Source: a virus (lineage: Duplodnaviria; Caudoviricetes). Taken from it: a DNA stretch of 64,000 bases. Of this stretch, positions 29,435-39,921 are shown in pieces (the first letter of the stretch is position 1; every line of letters begins with the position of its first letter). A program made the position numbers and the translations under genes. Where the stretch lies: positions 1 through 64,000 of the IMG/VR virus record IMGVR_UViG_3300028887_000080. One strand, given 5' to 3'. A model generated the notes under the pieces. The model made no database searches. It worked only from the letters and a program-made list of their open reading frames with translations, and was not told the DNA's origin.

Positions 29435-32400
29435 ATGGCAATTCAATCTGAACTTTACGGTCTCAAATCGGCAGGAACCTACAGATTTGAGAAAGACCAG
29501 AGCGTGACATTGACAACAGTGGCACCGCTCGAAAACATTAGAATGCTTGTCGGTTTCTCGAAGAAGGGCCCTTTCAACACCCCTGTCCTGATTAACACGA
29601 CAAAGGAATTTATCGACACATTCGGTGACATTGACCGCTCGCTTGAAAAGAAAGGCGCGTTCTTCCACAGAAGTTGCCTTGCCGCTTTGAGCGCTGGACC
29701 AATCTACTGCCTCAACCTCCTCAAACTCACAGACGAGGATGTGGTTGACGTTATGAAATTCTCGACGTCCGCAACTTGCAGGGTGCAGACCTGCAACCCG
29801 ACGCTTGAAGACAGAAGTATGCCGAAATTCTCGTATCGCGGAATGTACAACATCGACACGTTCTACACTCCGTCCGAGGAAAGTTTCCTTTATACCGTCG
29901 GTCGCAGCAATGTCTATGACCACAGCGGAAACTCTACAAACGACATTCTCGATTTCACAAACATCGGAAAATCCCCCGTTTCAGTCATCGTGACAAAGGC
30001 AAGCGCATACAACGCAAGCGGTTTTCAAGTCACGGCGCAGGAATGGTACGGCAAGGGCAATGTCCCCGCTTTCCTTCACGACACCTCCTACATCAGCGAC
30101 TTTATGGTCGATGTGTATGTGTTGAGCGGAAATTGGGGCGGCGACTTCGCAAACGAGGACGGAAAGGAACCTTATGAGAGATTCGCTTCCGACATCAAAT
30201 TCAGCAAGTATTTCGACAGCAAGGGCGGTCTTATCCGCAGAAAGAATGCAACCGATACGACAGACACCCTGTTCGCGCAGTTCCTCAACGAACCCGATGT
30301 GAACCTCATCGGCAAGTATACAGGATGCCTTATCCCAGGTTTTGTGGACAAGAACGGTCGCAATATGTACATCGAGTACCTCATCAACAGCGACACCTCC
30401 ACGAACGGTCTTATGTGCGCTGTCAATGAACAGATTTTCGACGGCGACGTCCTTATTGACGGCGACACCAACGGTATCGACCTTATCGGAAACTCCCTCT
30501 ACGACGCCATTGAAAAAGGTCTCGCGGACAATGTGAACTACCTTTCATACAACGGCATTGTTACAGGCAACGTTTCAACCAACGGCGAACATTGGAACCT
30601 CTGTGAAGAGGGCGACGGCAATACACTGACACTCATTGAAAACGAGGAAAGCAGCGCATTGCGTGAATTTGAACCGATTGACGGAACAAGCGACGCCACA
30701 ATCGGACTCCTCAAGTGCGTGTTCGGAAGCAACGACCACAAGACATTCAGCGAATATGTCTATTACTATGACGAAAAGGACGGAATGTATGTCGAACCTT
30801 CTGACGAGGGGACAACCCCTGACGCAAGAAACGCATTTGCTTGGGGTGAAATCTTCAACGAAGTTTCAAACGGAAAGAAAGTGTATATGGTGCTGAACGG
30901 GGAAGGAACTTCAAACAAGAAACTTGTCCCTGTGACTTCAATCAAGAAATCATATCTCTATGACTATGTTGACAGAACCCTCCCAAGAAGCGTGAAAAGC
31001 GATGTGCAGGATGCACTTGACGCAAAATACACAGAGGGTGGAAGCATCAAGTACACAAAGAGCATTATGAACTCCAACCCGATTGTGAAGTACGAAGTGG
31101 TGCTCACGAGCGAGAACGCAATCGAGTACACGGGCAGTGACATTGAAAACGTTGTCACAAACGGGTATGTGATTGCTTCGGAGTTCGACAAGTTCAACGC
31201 TGCATACAACAATAATGGCAACACCGCCGCTGTCCTTTTCCTTGAAGGCACGAGTGTCTATGAAAACCTCTCTTCAATCGGAACAAACGACAGTCTTGTG
31301 ATTTCTTTCGACGGAGACGACTATACGAATGCAAGAGTCTACGACATCAACTGGACTAACGACTCGATTCCTGTCAAGACGATTCAGTTCAACAACTCAA
31401 GCGACATCTATGAAATCGCAAACAGCAACTACGCACCTGATTATGTACTTGCATTGTTCAACACAAAGAACGGCGATAATACAGTACTTGAAGGAGATGT
31501 CGCCACCGACGATTTCTACACATTCGTTGACAAGAAACTTGCCGAAGGATTTTCCATCGTACTCGGAACGCAGAACCTCGAAACGACTGTCGTGGTTTAC
31601 AAGGAGAAAAACGGCGTTCAGGCAAAACCGAACGAGTTCATCATTCCTGTCAACACAAACGACAGCGCCTATGACTGCGTGAAGGTCGGCAACTACGCAC
31701 TTTCCAAATACGGTGACGGACACCGCCTCACCCGTATCGTGAACATCACAGGCGTCGCCAATGAACAAGGCATTGTAGATTACAGACTCGTTGCCTGCCA
31801 AGACAACGTGGACATCGTGACCGAACAATTCAACATTGTTGAAAACGAAAGCGTCAATACCCTCGAAATCTTCGGCAACCTCTGCGATTGGTTCAACTGC
31901 TACAATGTGTTCACACTCGGCGGTTTCAAGATGCAGGCATCACACCAACCTGACGGAACGAATGCAAGACAGCACGAAATCCTCGACCTCCTTGCAGAGA
32001 ACTCGGAGGATTCCAACCTGTTCAACGCACTCATCGACAGGGAACTCATCCAATTCCGTTATTTGGTTGACACCTTCGGACTCGGTATCGAGGAGATGTG
32101 CAAGAAACAGTACACCAACCTCTGCAAGAACAGAAAATCTGCGTTCGCAATCGTCAACGCACCTTCCTGCAACGATTTCAAGAACAGCGAAGACCCGTCG
32201 TTCGTAGACAAGAACAAGGCGGTTTCCGCAGAGTTCATTGCAAAGGGAGGCGACCCGAACACCAATCCTTCATTCCTGTTCTCACTTCCTGACAAGGTGA
32301 ACGGTTCTACTTGGGGCGGTTATTACTACCCGTACCTCAAGGTGTATTCAAACTACACGACAATCAACGTTCCGCCCGCCGCATACGTTTCCAACAACTA

Positions 32401-32947
32401 TGTCGCCAAATACGGTTCAGGTATGCCTTGGACTGTCGTGGCAGGTCAGAACAGAGGTGTGGTCAGCGGCAACAACGTTGTCGGTGTTGAAGCAAGTCTT
32501 ATCCGCGACAACCGCGATTGGTTGGAACCTTTCGGAATCAACTCAATCATCTATGAAAACGGAGTGGGTTGCGTAATCTATGCGAACAAGACCGCACAGC
32601 AGAACCCGCAGAGCGCATTGAGTTCAATCAATGTTCGCGAAGTGTGCATCTACATCCAAGACGGAATTGAGAAGATTTTGAGAAACTATCTGTTCGAGTC
32701 CAACACCGCACAGACAAGACTTGAAATCAAGACCCTCGTTGACAACTTCCTCGACATTGTCAAATCAAACTTCGGCGTCTATGACTTCCATACCGTTATG
32801 GATACGTCAAACAACACTAACGAGGTGATTGACAAGAATATGGGGGTCATCTCGGTCTATGTGGAGCCGGTCCGAGCAATGGAGATTTTGGTACAACAAC
32901 TCACTATTCTCAAGACGGGTGCAATCGAAAGTGGAACATTTGAGTAG
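29435..32947 (+). CDS. contractile tail sheath protein with large insertion domains
   Basis: SAGTYRFE, VGFSKKGPFNTPV, YYYPYL, VPPAAYV, AGQNRG, INVRE, FESN..QTR, V.DTSNN, VEPVR; TATAAATA upstream. Confidence 0.92.
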   Translation: MAIQSELYGLKSAGTYRFEKDQSVTLTTVAPLENIRMLVGFSKKGPFNTPVLINTTKEFIDTFGDIDRSLEKKGAFFHRSCLAALSAGPIYCLNLLKLTDEDVVDVMKFSTSATCRVQTCNPTLEDRSMPKFSYRGMYNIDTFYTPSEESFLYTVGRSNVYDHSGNSTNDILDFTNIGKSPVSVIVTKASAYNASGFQVTAQEWYGKGNVPAFLHDTSYISDFMVDVYVLSGNWGGDFANEDGKEPYERFASDIKFSKYFDSKGGLIRRKNATDTTDTLFAQFLNEPDVNLIGKYTGCLIPGFVDKNGRNMYIEYLINSDTSTNGLMCAVNEQIFDGDVLIDGDTNGIDLIGNSLYDAIEKGLADNVNYLSYNGIVTGNVSTNGEHWNLCEEGDGNTLTLIENEESSALREFEPIDGTSDATIGLLKCVFGSNDHKTFSEYVYYYDEKDGMYVEPSDEGTTPDARNAFAWGEIFNEVSNGKKVYMVLNGEGTSNKKLVPVTSIKKSYLYDYVDRTLPRSVKSDVQDALDAKYTEGGSIKYTKSIMNSNPIVKYEVVLTSENAIEYTGSDIENVVTNGYVIASEFDKFNAAYNNNGNTAAVLFLEGTSVYENLSSIGTNDSLVISFDGDDYTNARVYDINWTNDSIPVKTIQFNNSSDIYEIANSNYAPDYVLALFNTKNGDNTVLEGDVATDDFYTFVDKKLAEGFSIVLGTQNLETTVVVYKEKNGVQAKPNEFIIPVNTNDSAYDCVKVGNYALSKYGDGHRLTRIVNITGVANEQGIVDYRLVACQDNVDIVTEQFNIVENESVNTLEIFGNLCDWFNCYNVFTLGGFKMQASHQPDGTNARQHEILDLLAENSEDSNLFNALIDRELIQFRYLVDTFGLGIEEMCKKQYTNLCKNRKSAFAIVNAPSCNDFKNSEDPSFVDKNKAVSAEFIAKGGDPNTNPSFLFSLPDKVNGSTWGGYYYPYLKVYSNYTTINVPPAAYVSNNYVAKYGSGMPWTVVAGQNRGVVSGNNVVGVEASLIRDNRDWLEPFGINSIIYENGVGCVIYANKTAQQNPQSALSSINVREVCIYIQDGIEKILRNYLFESNTAQTRLEIKTLVDNFLDIVKSNFGVYDFHTVMDTSNNTNEVIDKNMGVISVYVEPVRAMEILVQQLTILKTGAIESGTFE

Positions 32948-32965
32948 ACCTTTTTCAACTTGTAT

Positions 32966-33003
32966 AAATAAAGGGAGAGCATTTTGTTCTCCCTTTATTT
33001 TTA
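32966..33003 (+). terminator. intrinsic terminator
   Basis: AAATAAAGGGAGAGC-ATTTT-GTTCTCCCTTTATTT + T-tract. Confidence 0.75.
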
Positions 33004-33015
33004 TGTTGTTTAATT

Positions 33016-34998
33016 ATGAAAAAAGACATTATTATTAAATTGTTGAACACTCCGTCAAAGGACGGCGGTATGCGAAACCTGACAGAAAAAGGCATTATGA
33101 ATAAATTTCCTGATTTATATGAATTTCTTATCGGATTTGATTTTCCAAAAGATTTTACAATAAAGCAAATGATTTATCATTACATCAATGATGATGTTGA
33201 ATGTAATATTGGTGTTTGTGACTGCGGAAAAAGGTGTAAGTTTTTAAGCATAAATGAAGGATATTGCAAACATTGTTCTGTAAAATGTTCAAGAAATTCA
33301 AAGGATGTCAATGAAAAGAGAAAGAACACCTGTTTGAAAAAGTATGGTGTGGACAGTCCTTCAAAATCAGATGTTGTAAAAGAAAAGAGGAAACAAACAT
33401 TTATAGACAAGTTTGGTGTTGAACACCCTATGCTGTTGGATGAAATTAAAGAAAAGATAAAGAATACCAATATGGAACGATATGGGGTTGAATGTGTTTT
33501 TCAATCAAATGAAATAAAAGAAAAGATAAAAGAAACAAACATAGAAAAATATGGTTGGGAGAATCCTATGTGTTCCGATGAAGTAAAAGAAAAGATAAAA
33601 GAAACCAATATGGAAAAATATGGTGTTTCACACCCTTTGCAATCGGATGAAATAAAAGAAAAGATAAAAGAAACCAATATGGAACGATATGGGGTTGAAA
33701 ATGTCGGTCAAACAGATGTAGTGCGTGAGAAGGCAAAGAAAACAAACATAGAGAAATATGGTGTGGAATGCCATTTTCAATCGGACGAAATCAAAGAAAA
33801 GATAAAGAATACCAATATGGAACGATATGGGGTGAAAAATGTTTTTCAATCGGATGAAATAAAAGAAAAGATAAAAGAAACCAATATGGAACGATATGGG
33901 GTGGAAAAACCAGCACAATGTGATTCTGTAAAGGCGAAGGCAATACAGACAACAGTTGAACGATATGGCGTGAAATATCCTATGCAGTCCGATAGAATAA
34001 AAGAAAAGGCAATGGAGACAAACGCCAAACGATATGGCGTGAAATATATAACACAATCAAATGAAATAAAAGAAAAGATAAAAAATACAAATCTTGAAAA
34101 ATATGGAGTGGAATGGTTTTGTCAAACAAGCGCGGCAAGGAATTATTCAAATGATTCAAAACCGAATTTAAGTTTTGCCGCCAGTCTTGATAAGTGCAAT
34201 ATAGTATATGACCGTGAGTATCCAATATCCCATTATTCCTATGATTTTATCGTTGGAAATTATTTGGTTGAAATAAACCCCACAATAACACACAACAGTC
34301 ATATAAGTATATTCAATGGAAAGGTAAAAAACAGTTCGTACCATTCGGATAAATCACAAACTGCTTTGAATAAAGGTTATTTCTGCATACACGTTTGGGA
34401 TTGGGATGACCAAGACAAAATTGTTAATATGCTTAAACCAAAAAATGTAGTATATGCAAGAAATCTTGAAATTCGTGACGTTTCCGTAGAATCGGCAAGT
34501 TTGTTTTTGAACACATATCATTTACAAAACACTTGTAAGGGTCAACGTGTAATATATGGTTTATATATGGACGATATGTTGGTTGAACTTATGTCATTCG
34601 GAAATCCGAGGTATAACAGGAACTATGAATGGGAACTTTTAAGACTTTGCACGCATAAAGACTACACTGTGGTTGGTGGTGCGGAAAGACTTTTCAAGCA
34701 TTTTATATTGACAAATAAACCGAAATCAATCATCAGTTATTGTGACAATTCAAAGTTCAGCGGACACGTCTATGAAAAACTTGGTTTCAAAATCCTTCGT
34801 TCATCCAAACCGACTTGTCATTGGTATAACTTGAAAACAAAACAGCACATTACAGATAATTTATTGAGACAACGTGGGTTTGACCAACTGTTCGGCACAA
34901 ACTATGGAAAGGGTACTTCAAATAAAGAACTTATGCTTGAATATGGGTTTCTTCCTGTATATGACTGCGGGCAGACAAGTTTTGTTTGGAATTTATGA
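33016..34998 (+). CDS. Hef-like homing endonuclease: Zn finger + 23-aa repeats + DUF559/PD-(D/E)xK + GNAT-like domain
   Basis: ~12 KIKETNMERYGVE repeats; YSYDF..LVEINP..H, IHVWDWD; WELLRLC, ISYCDNS..GHVYEKLGF, YDCG; AT-rich. Confidence 0.75.
   Translation: MKKDIIIKLLNTPSKDGGMRNLTEKGIMNKFPDLYEFLIGFDFPKDFTIKQMIYHYINDDVECNIGVCDCGKRCKFLSINEGYCKHCSVKCSRNSKDVNEKRKNTCLKKYGVDSPSKSDVVKEKRKQTFIDKFGVEHPMLLDEIKEKIKNTNMERYGVECVFQSNEIKEKIKETNIEKYGWENPMCSDEVKEKIKETNMEKYGVSHPLQSDEIKEKIKETNMERYGVENVGQTDVVREKAKKTNIEKYGVECHFQSDEIKEKIKNTNMERYGVKNVFQSDEIKEKIKETNMERYGVEKPAQCDSVKAKAIQTTVERYGVKYPMQSDRIKEKAMETNAKRYGVKYITQSNEIKEKIKNTNLEKYGVEWFCQTSAARNYSNDSKPNLSFAASLDKCNIVYDREYPISHYSYDFIVGNYLVEINPTITHNSHISIFNGKVKNSSYHSDKSQTALNKGYFCIHVWDWDDQDKIVNMLKPKNVVYARNLEIRDVSVESASLFLNTYHLQNTCKGQRVIYGLYMDDMLVELMSFGNPRYNRNYEWELLRLCTHKDYTVVGGAERLFKHFILTNKPKSIISYCDNSKFSGHVYEKLGFKILRSSKPTCHWYNLKTKQHITDNLLRQRGFDQLFGTNYGKGTSNKELMLEYGFLPVYDCGQTSFVWNL
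33300..34130 (+). repeat. 69-bp imperfect coding tandem repeat
   Basis: recurrent GAAATAAAAGAAAAGATAAAAGAAACCAATATGGAACGATATGG. Confidence 0.85.
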
Positions 34999-35047
34999 AT
35001 TTGATGTTGCGAGTATGGTATAAATATACCGAATATAATTTCCAACT

Positions 35048-35716
35048 ATGAAGAATGTTTTCAAATACGATGAGTTCGTAGGAACTGTGAACGAGAGCAG
35101 GTATGAGACAGGCAGGGTGGACAAGTACCACAACCGCGAATATAATTGGAAGGTCGTGTTTGACGACCTGAAAAAGGTTGTTCTCGGAAGAAAGAAGATG
35201 ACCAAACCCCTTTATCAGGCATTGTGCCATTTCACAATCGCACATTACAATATGTGGGGTTGGATTGATTACTATAACGGAAATTGGGGCGAACTCGCAA
35301 GCGAACTCAATCCCCATCCCTATGGTGACTTTGACGCATCCGACCGCGCCCCGTTTGATGACATTCAGAACTTTCTGAACCAACATAGCAGGAACACCAT
35401 ACAAAGCCCCTATGAGAGCGTGTCTAATGAAAACGGCGCAATCTTGAACGAGGGTCTCGTTTCAACCATCAAGGCGAAAAGCAGAATCACGAAGGTTCAG
35501 GCGGCGGTTTTTGACAAGGCGTCCGAACTCATTGAAAAGAACCCGAAGAAATACAAGGACGGAAACGATGTGTTGAGAGACCTTGAAAACGACGCGAAGA
35601 AACTTTATGAAAAGGAACTTGGTGAGTTCATCAAGAACAAGGACATCATCACCGCTGACGAATGGTGGAAGAACTTTTCAAAAAGCGCGGCAATGGTGAT
35701 TGTTCCCGAAGTGTAG
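35048..35716 (+). CDS. late hypothetical protein, possible internal head protein
   Basis: TATAAATA at 35019; MKNVFKYDEFV..VNE N-terminus. Confidence 0.65.
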   Translation: MKNVFKYDEFVGTVNESRYETGRVDKYHNREYNWKVVFDDLKKVVLGRKKMTKPLYQALCHFTIAHYNMWGWIDYYNGNWGELASELNPHPYGDFDASDRAPFDDIQNFLNQHSRNTIQSPYESVSNENGAILNEGLVSTIKAKSRITKVQAAVFDKASELIEKNPKKYKDGNDVLRDLENDAKKLYEKELGEFIKNKDIITADEWWKNFSKSAAMVIVPEV

Positions 35717-35742
35717 CGGTACATAATCACCCCAACAACCAC

Positions 35743-35771
35743 AAAACCTTCCGAAATCGGAAGGTTTTTTT
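35743..35771 (+). terminator. intrinsic terminator
   Basis: AAAACCTTCCG-AAAT-CGGAAGGTTTT. Confidence 0.75.
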
Positions 35772-35973
35772 CTGTCAAGATATATCACTGATATATCATC
35801 ATTTTATACAAATGCCTGTTTTTCAGTCGTTACGGTAGAAATGTTATTTTTAGGTGTGTTGTAAAACAGCACATATAAATATATAACAGGAATGCGGAAA
35901 TCTTTTGGATTATAGAAGAAAAGAATCCGCCGAAAAAGATTAGCATTCACACAAAGAATATACTTTAAGTATT

Positions 35974-37794
35974 ATGTACAATATGGCTATCAATGAAAGT
36001 CAGGTTGTTGCTACTTGGGGACAGCACATTAAGGAATCCCTCGGTATCACTGACGAATCAAAACTCCAATGGATGTCGAAATATGCTTATCTTCACGATT
36101 TGCACGACAAGAAGATGATTGCGGAGTCTGTTGACGGACACGCACACCTCAACCCGAATATGAACATCGGCGGTATGGGCGCCATCAATTTCCCTGGTGC
36201 TGCCACCAACAACACCTATGACCGTTCACTCGCAGGTTCAGGTGACAATGTGTACAGCGTTCTTCCTTTGGCACTCCAAGTCGCTGCACAGACCATCGCT
36301 CTTGACTTGGTTCCTGTGGTTCCGATGCAAGGTCCTCACGGTCTGCTCCAATACCTTGACTATGTGTATGAAGGCGGTCGTCTGAACAATATGGGTGGAA
36401 GCGAATACACCTCTCCGTTGTATAACGGCAAACCTGAAAACTTCGCTTCTCCTTATATGATTAAGGCAAACATCACCGCTATGGACGGTGCTGGTACCGA
36501 CGCTGAAAAATTCATTTTCCGTCCGAACTCAACCTATCACTTCAAAGGCAACGATGATTATGAACTGACCTACATCTATCCTAACCGTATTGACGGTAAA
36601 CCGTTGTTCCGCGTGATTGAAAAATCACACTATGCAGGTCAGAAGATGGTCGGTGGAGAAAACGCTTCAACTCCGATTTACGTTCTCTTCGACAATCTTA
36701 TGTCAGACGGTTCCAACAAGACCACTCTCGTCTGCGATGAGTACATTGACAAAGACAATGTTAAGCACACTGACTTTGAAATGACCATCACAGCCGCCAA
36801 CGGTATTGAAAACGTCCGTGCATTTGAAGACCACGTCACTTCATTCAGCGGTGAAGGTTTCCTGAAGAAAACCGTCACAAGCAACAATCCTTACACCCGT
36901 GAAATGGGCGAGGCAACCCCAGGTCGTAAAATCGGTCTCAAGTCCTACACTTTGGACATCAAGGCAATGACCCTGAAAGTTGACTCCGCTATCACCCGTG
37001 AGCAGGTTCAAGACCTCAAGCAGTTCGGTATCGACGCTATTTCCCAAGCAGAAGCTGCACTCGTGAACGAACTCACACAGGGCATCAACAAAATCATCCT
37101 TGAAAAGATGTTCAACCTTGGTGCTCTCAATGCAGTTCAACTTCAAGAAGTTGAAGGTCGCAACCTTATCTCCGCTTGGTTCGTGAATGGTGAACCCGCT
37201 TCCACTACTGACAAAACCACTAACATTTGGTTGGGTGACAAATACAACAAAGAAACAGGCGAACTTGAAGGTAAATATGTTGCCGAAAACATTCCTTACA
37301 CCAACGTCACAGGCGGCGGTGAAGTGATGGGCACCATCCAACGTCGTATTATGACCAAAATCATCGCTGCTTCCAACGTGATTGCAGTCCGTGGTCGTAG
37401 AGGCGCAGGTACCTTCGCAGTCTGCTCCGGCACCATCGGTACCGCTCTCCAAGATTGCGCAGGTTTTATGCCTTATCCGCTTTCTAACACCATCTCCGCT
37501 AACGGCAACAGTCTGTATCCGATTGGCGCACTTGCTGGCATCAGCATCTACGTCGACCCGAATATGGCATTCAACGATATGCGCGTTGTGGTCGGTCGCA
37601 AGGGTAAAGAGAACGAACCAGGCATCGTGTTCTGCCCTTACCTTATGGCAGACAAAGTCGAAACTACAAGCGAGTTCACGATGGCACCTGTCATCTCCCT
37701 CCAATCTCGTTTCGCTTGTGTTGAGGCAGGTATCTACCCGCAGACGCAGTACTACACTTTCAGTATCAAACTCGACGGTGTAAGTCTTGTCTAA
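35974..37794 (+). CDS. major capsid protein (gp23-like)
   Basis: DLVPVVPMQGP.G, EQVQDLK.FGID, NELTQ.IN, RGRRGAGTF, VYVDP, GIVFCPY, SRFA; strongly biased codons. Confidence 0.93.
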   Translation: MYNMAINESQVVATWGQHIKESLGITDESKLQWMSKYAYLHDLHDKKMIAESVDGHAHLNPNMNIGGMGAINFPGAATNNTYDRSLAGSGDNVYSVLPLALQVAAQTIALDLVPVVPMQGPHGLLQYLDYVYEGGRLNNMGGSEYTSPLYNGKPENFASPYMIKANITAMDGAGTDAEKFIFRPNSTYHFKGNDDYELTYIYPNRIDGKPLFRVIEKSHYAGQKMVGGENASTPIYVLFDNLMSDGSNKTTLVCDEYIDKDNVKHTDFEMTITAANGIENVRAFEDHVTSFSGEGFLKKTVTSNNPYTREMGEATPGRKIGLKSYTLDIKAMTLKVDSAITREQVQDLKQFGIDAISQAEAALVNELTQGINKIILEKMFNLGALNAVQLQEVEGRNLISAWFVNGEPASTTDKTTNIWLGDKYNKETGELEGKYVAENIPYTNVTGGGEVMGTIQRRIMTKIIAASNVIAVRGRRGAGTFAVCSGTIGTALQDCAGFMPYPLSNTISANGNSLYPIGALAGISIYVDPNMAFNDMRVVVGRKGKENEPGIVFCPYLMADKVETTSEFTMAPVISLQSRFACVEAGIYPQTQYYTFSIKLDGVSLV

Positions 37795-37815
37795 CCTTTA
37801 ATTAGGACTGATATT

Positions 37816-37846
37816 TAAGGGGTTGTGATTTCACAACCCCTTTTTT
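37816..37846 (+). terminator. intrinsic terminator
   Basis: AAGGGGTTGTG-ATTT-CACAACCCCTT + T-tract. Confidence 0.8.
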
Positions 37847-37966
37847 ATTTTTAGGAACTCATTGAAACCAATTCATAACAACAACGGCAAATCTCGATTG
37901 AAAAAAAATCTATAAATAAAGTGATGTGACATTTTTTTTGTATTTTTGCAAAGTGAAAATCAGACT

Positions 37967-39910
37967 ATGAACAGAGATGAATTGAAACGATTGTTGCTGC
38001 TTCCGAAATCGGAAGGCGGTATAAACCAAATCCAAGAAAGCGGGTTTGCGAAAATGTTTCCTGAAGAATATGCCGAATTGTGCGGCATTGACTTTCCGAA
38101 CGGGTTTACATTCAGGCAGAAACTTTATCATTGGTTGAACGGTGATTTTGGTCTTGCGCTCGGATTCTGCAAGAAATGCGGAAAGCGTTGTTCATTCAAG
38201 AACCTGTCAAAAGGTTATTTTGATTATTGCAGCAATTCCTGTGCGCAGAGTTCCGATGAGAACATAAAAAAAGTGAAAGCGACCAAACTTGAAAGGTACG
38301 GTGAAGAGAACTACAACAACAGGGAAAAATCAAAACGTACTTGTATGGAGGCGTATGGTGTTGACAATCCGTTGAAATCCGGCGATGTTGTGGAAAAGGG
38401 AAAACGCACCAAACTTGAAAGATACGGCGATGAGAATTACAACAACAGAAAAAAGGCGTCGGACACAAAACTTGAAAAGTATGGTGATTCGGCATATAAC
38501 AACCAACAGAAATACAAACAAACCTGCATTGAGAAATACGGAGTGGAAAACGTGTTCCAACTTCAGTCGGTGAGTGAGAAAATACACGACACTATGATGG
38601 ACAAATATGGTGTCGGGCATTCGATGCAGTCTCCTGTTTTTCAAGAAAAGGCGAAAGACACGAACCGCAAGCGATACGGGAGCGACTATGTTATGCAGAA
38701 TGATGAGGTGAAGCATAAGTCCCGTGACACCAATATTGAGAAGTACGGTCACCCTTGCAGTTTGCAGAATGACGAAGTTAAGGAAAAGGCGAGGAACACT
38801 ATGATTGAAAAGTATGGTGTCGAGCACAATTCGCAGACGAAGGAGTTTTGGGAGAAATACAAAGACACTTGTGTGGAGAAATACGGCGTGGAGCACCCTT
38901 CTATGAGCGAAGACGTCAAGGACAAGATGAAGCATACTTGTATTGAACGCTACGGCGTGGAGTATGCGTCGCAGAGCGATGAGTTCAAGAAAAGGGTGAT
39001 GGAGACGAACCGCAGGCTGTACGGGGTTGATTGGTATTGTATGACTTCGGAGTGCAGGTTGCACGGAAACGACAGCAAGGTGAACCTGAATTTCGCCAAG
39101 ACGCTTGAGGATTCAACAATACCGTTCGAGCGTGAATTTCCGTTGGAAGGGTATTCTTACGATTTCAAGGTCGGAAATGTGCTTATAGAACTCAACCCGA
39201 CCATAACCCACAATTCAGCGGTCAACATATATGGTGGGAACCCGAAAGACGAGAACTATCACTTTGCGAAATCGAACACTGCGGAATTGCACGGACTCTC
39301 CTGCATTCATATTTGGGATTGGGACGACAAGGCGAAGATAGTCCGTATGCTGAAACCCAAAACAATTCTGTATGCAAGGAAGTTGGTTCTGCGTGAAGTC
39401 GACGCCGTTTCCTGCGACCGTTTTTTGAACGAGCACCATTTGCAGAATACTTGCAAGGGGCAGTCTGTCTGCTTGGGTCTGTATATGGACGATGTGTTGG
39501 TTGAGGTTATGACATTCGGCAAACCGAGATACAACAAGAATTACGAATGGGAACTTTTGAGGCTTTGCACACATTGCGATTACAAGATTGTAGGCGGAGC
39601 GGAACGATTGTACAGTCATTTTGTGAAGTCATACATCCCGAAATCAATCATAAGTTATTGCGACAACAGCAAGTTCAACGGCGGAGTGTACAAAAGACTC
39701 GGAATGTCGTTGCTGCGCCTGTCCAAACCGAGCAAACATTGGTGGAACGGAAAACGGCATATCACGGACAACTTTTTGAGGCAGCGCGGGTTTGACCAAC
39801 TGTTCGGCGCCAACTACGGAAAGGGGACGGACAACAACGAACTTATGCTTGAACACGGTTTTTTGCCAATCTATGATTGTGGACAGATGACTTTTGTTGT
39901 TGAATTTTAA
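37967..39910 (+). CDS. Hef-like homing endonuclease paralog 2
   Basis: same architecture and near-identical C-terminus to 33016 ORF. Confidence 0.75.
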   Translation: MNRDELKRLLLLPKSEGGINQIQESGFAKMFPEEYAELCGIDFPNGFTFRQKLYHWLNGDFGLALGFCKKCGKRCSFKNLSKGYFDYCSNSCAQSSDENIKKVKATKLERYGEENYNNREKSKRTCMEAYGVDNPLKSGDVVEKGKRTKLERYGDENYNNRKKASDTKLEKYGDSAYNNQQKYKQTCIEKYGVENVFQLQSVSEKIHDTMMDKYGVGHSMQSPVFQEKAKDTNRKRYGSDYVMQNDEVKHKSRDTNIEKYGHPCSLQNDEVKEKARNTMIEKYGVEHNSQTKEFWEKYKDTCVEKYGVEHPSMSEDVKDKMKHTCIERYGVEYASQSDEFKKRVMETNRRLYGVDWYCMTSECRLHGNDSKVNLNFAKTLEDSTIPFEREFPLEGYSYDFKVGNVLIELNPTITHNSAVNIYGGNPKDENYHFAKSNTAELHGLSCIHIWDWDDKAKIVRMLKPKTILYARKLVLREVDAVSCDRFLNEHHLQNTCKGQSVCLGLYMDDVLVEVMTFGKPRYNKNYEWELLRLCTHCDYKIVGGAERLYSHFVKSYIPKSIISYCDNSKFNGGVYKRLGMSLLRLSKPSKHWWNGKRHITDNFLRQRGFDQLFGANYGKGTDNNELMLEHGFLPIYDCGQMTFVVEF

Positions 39911-39921
39911 TTCTGTTGTTT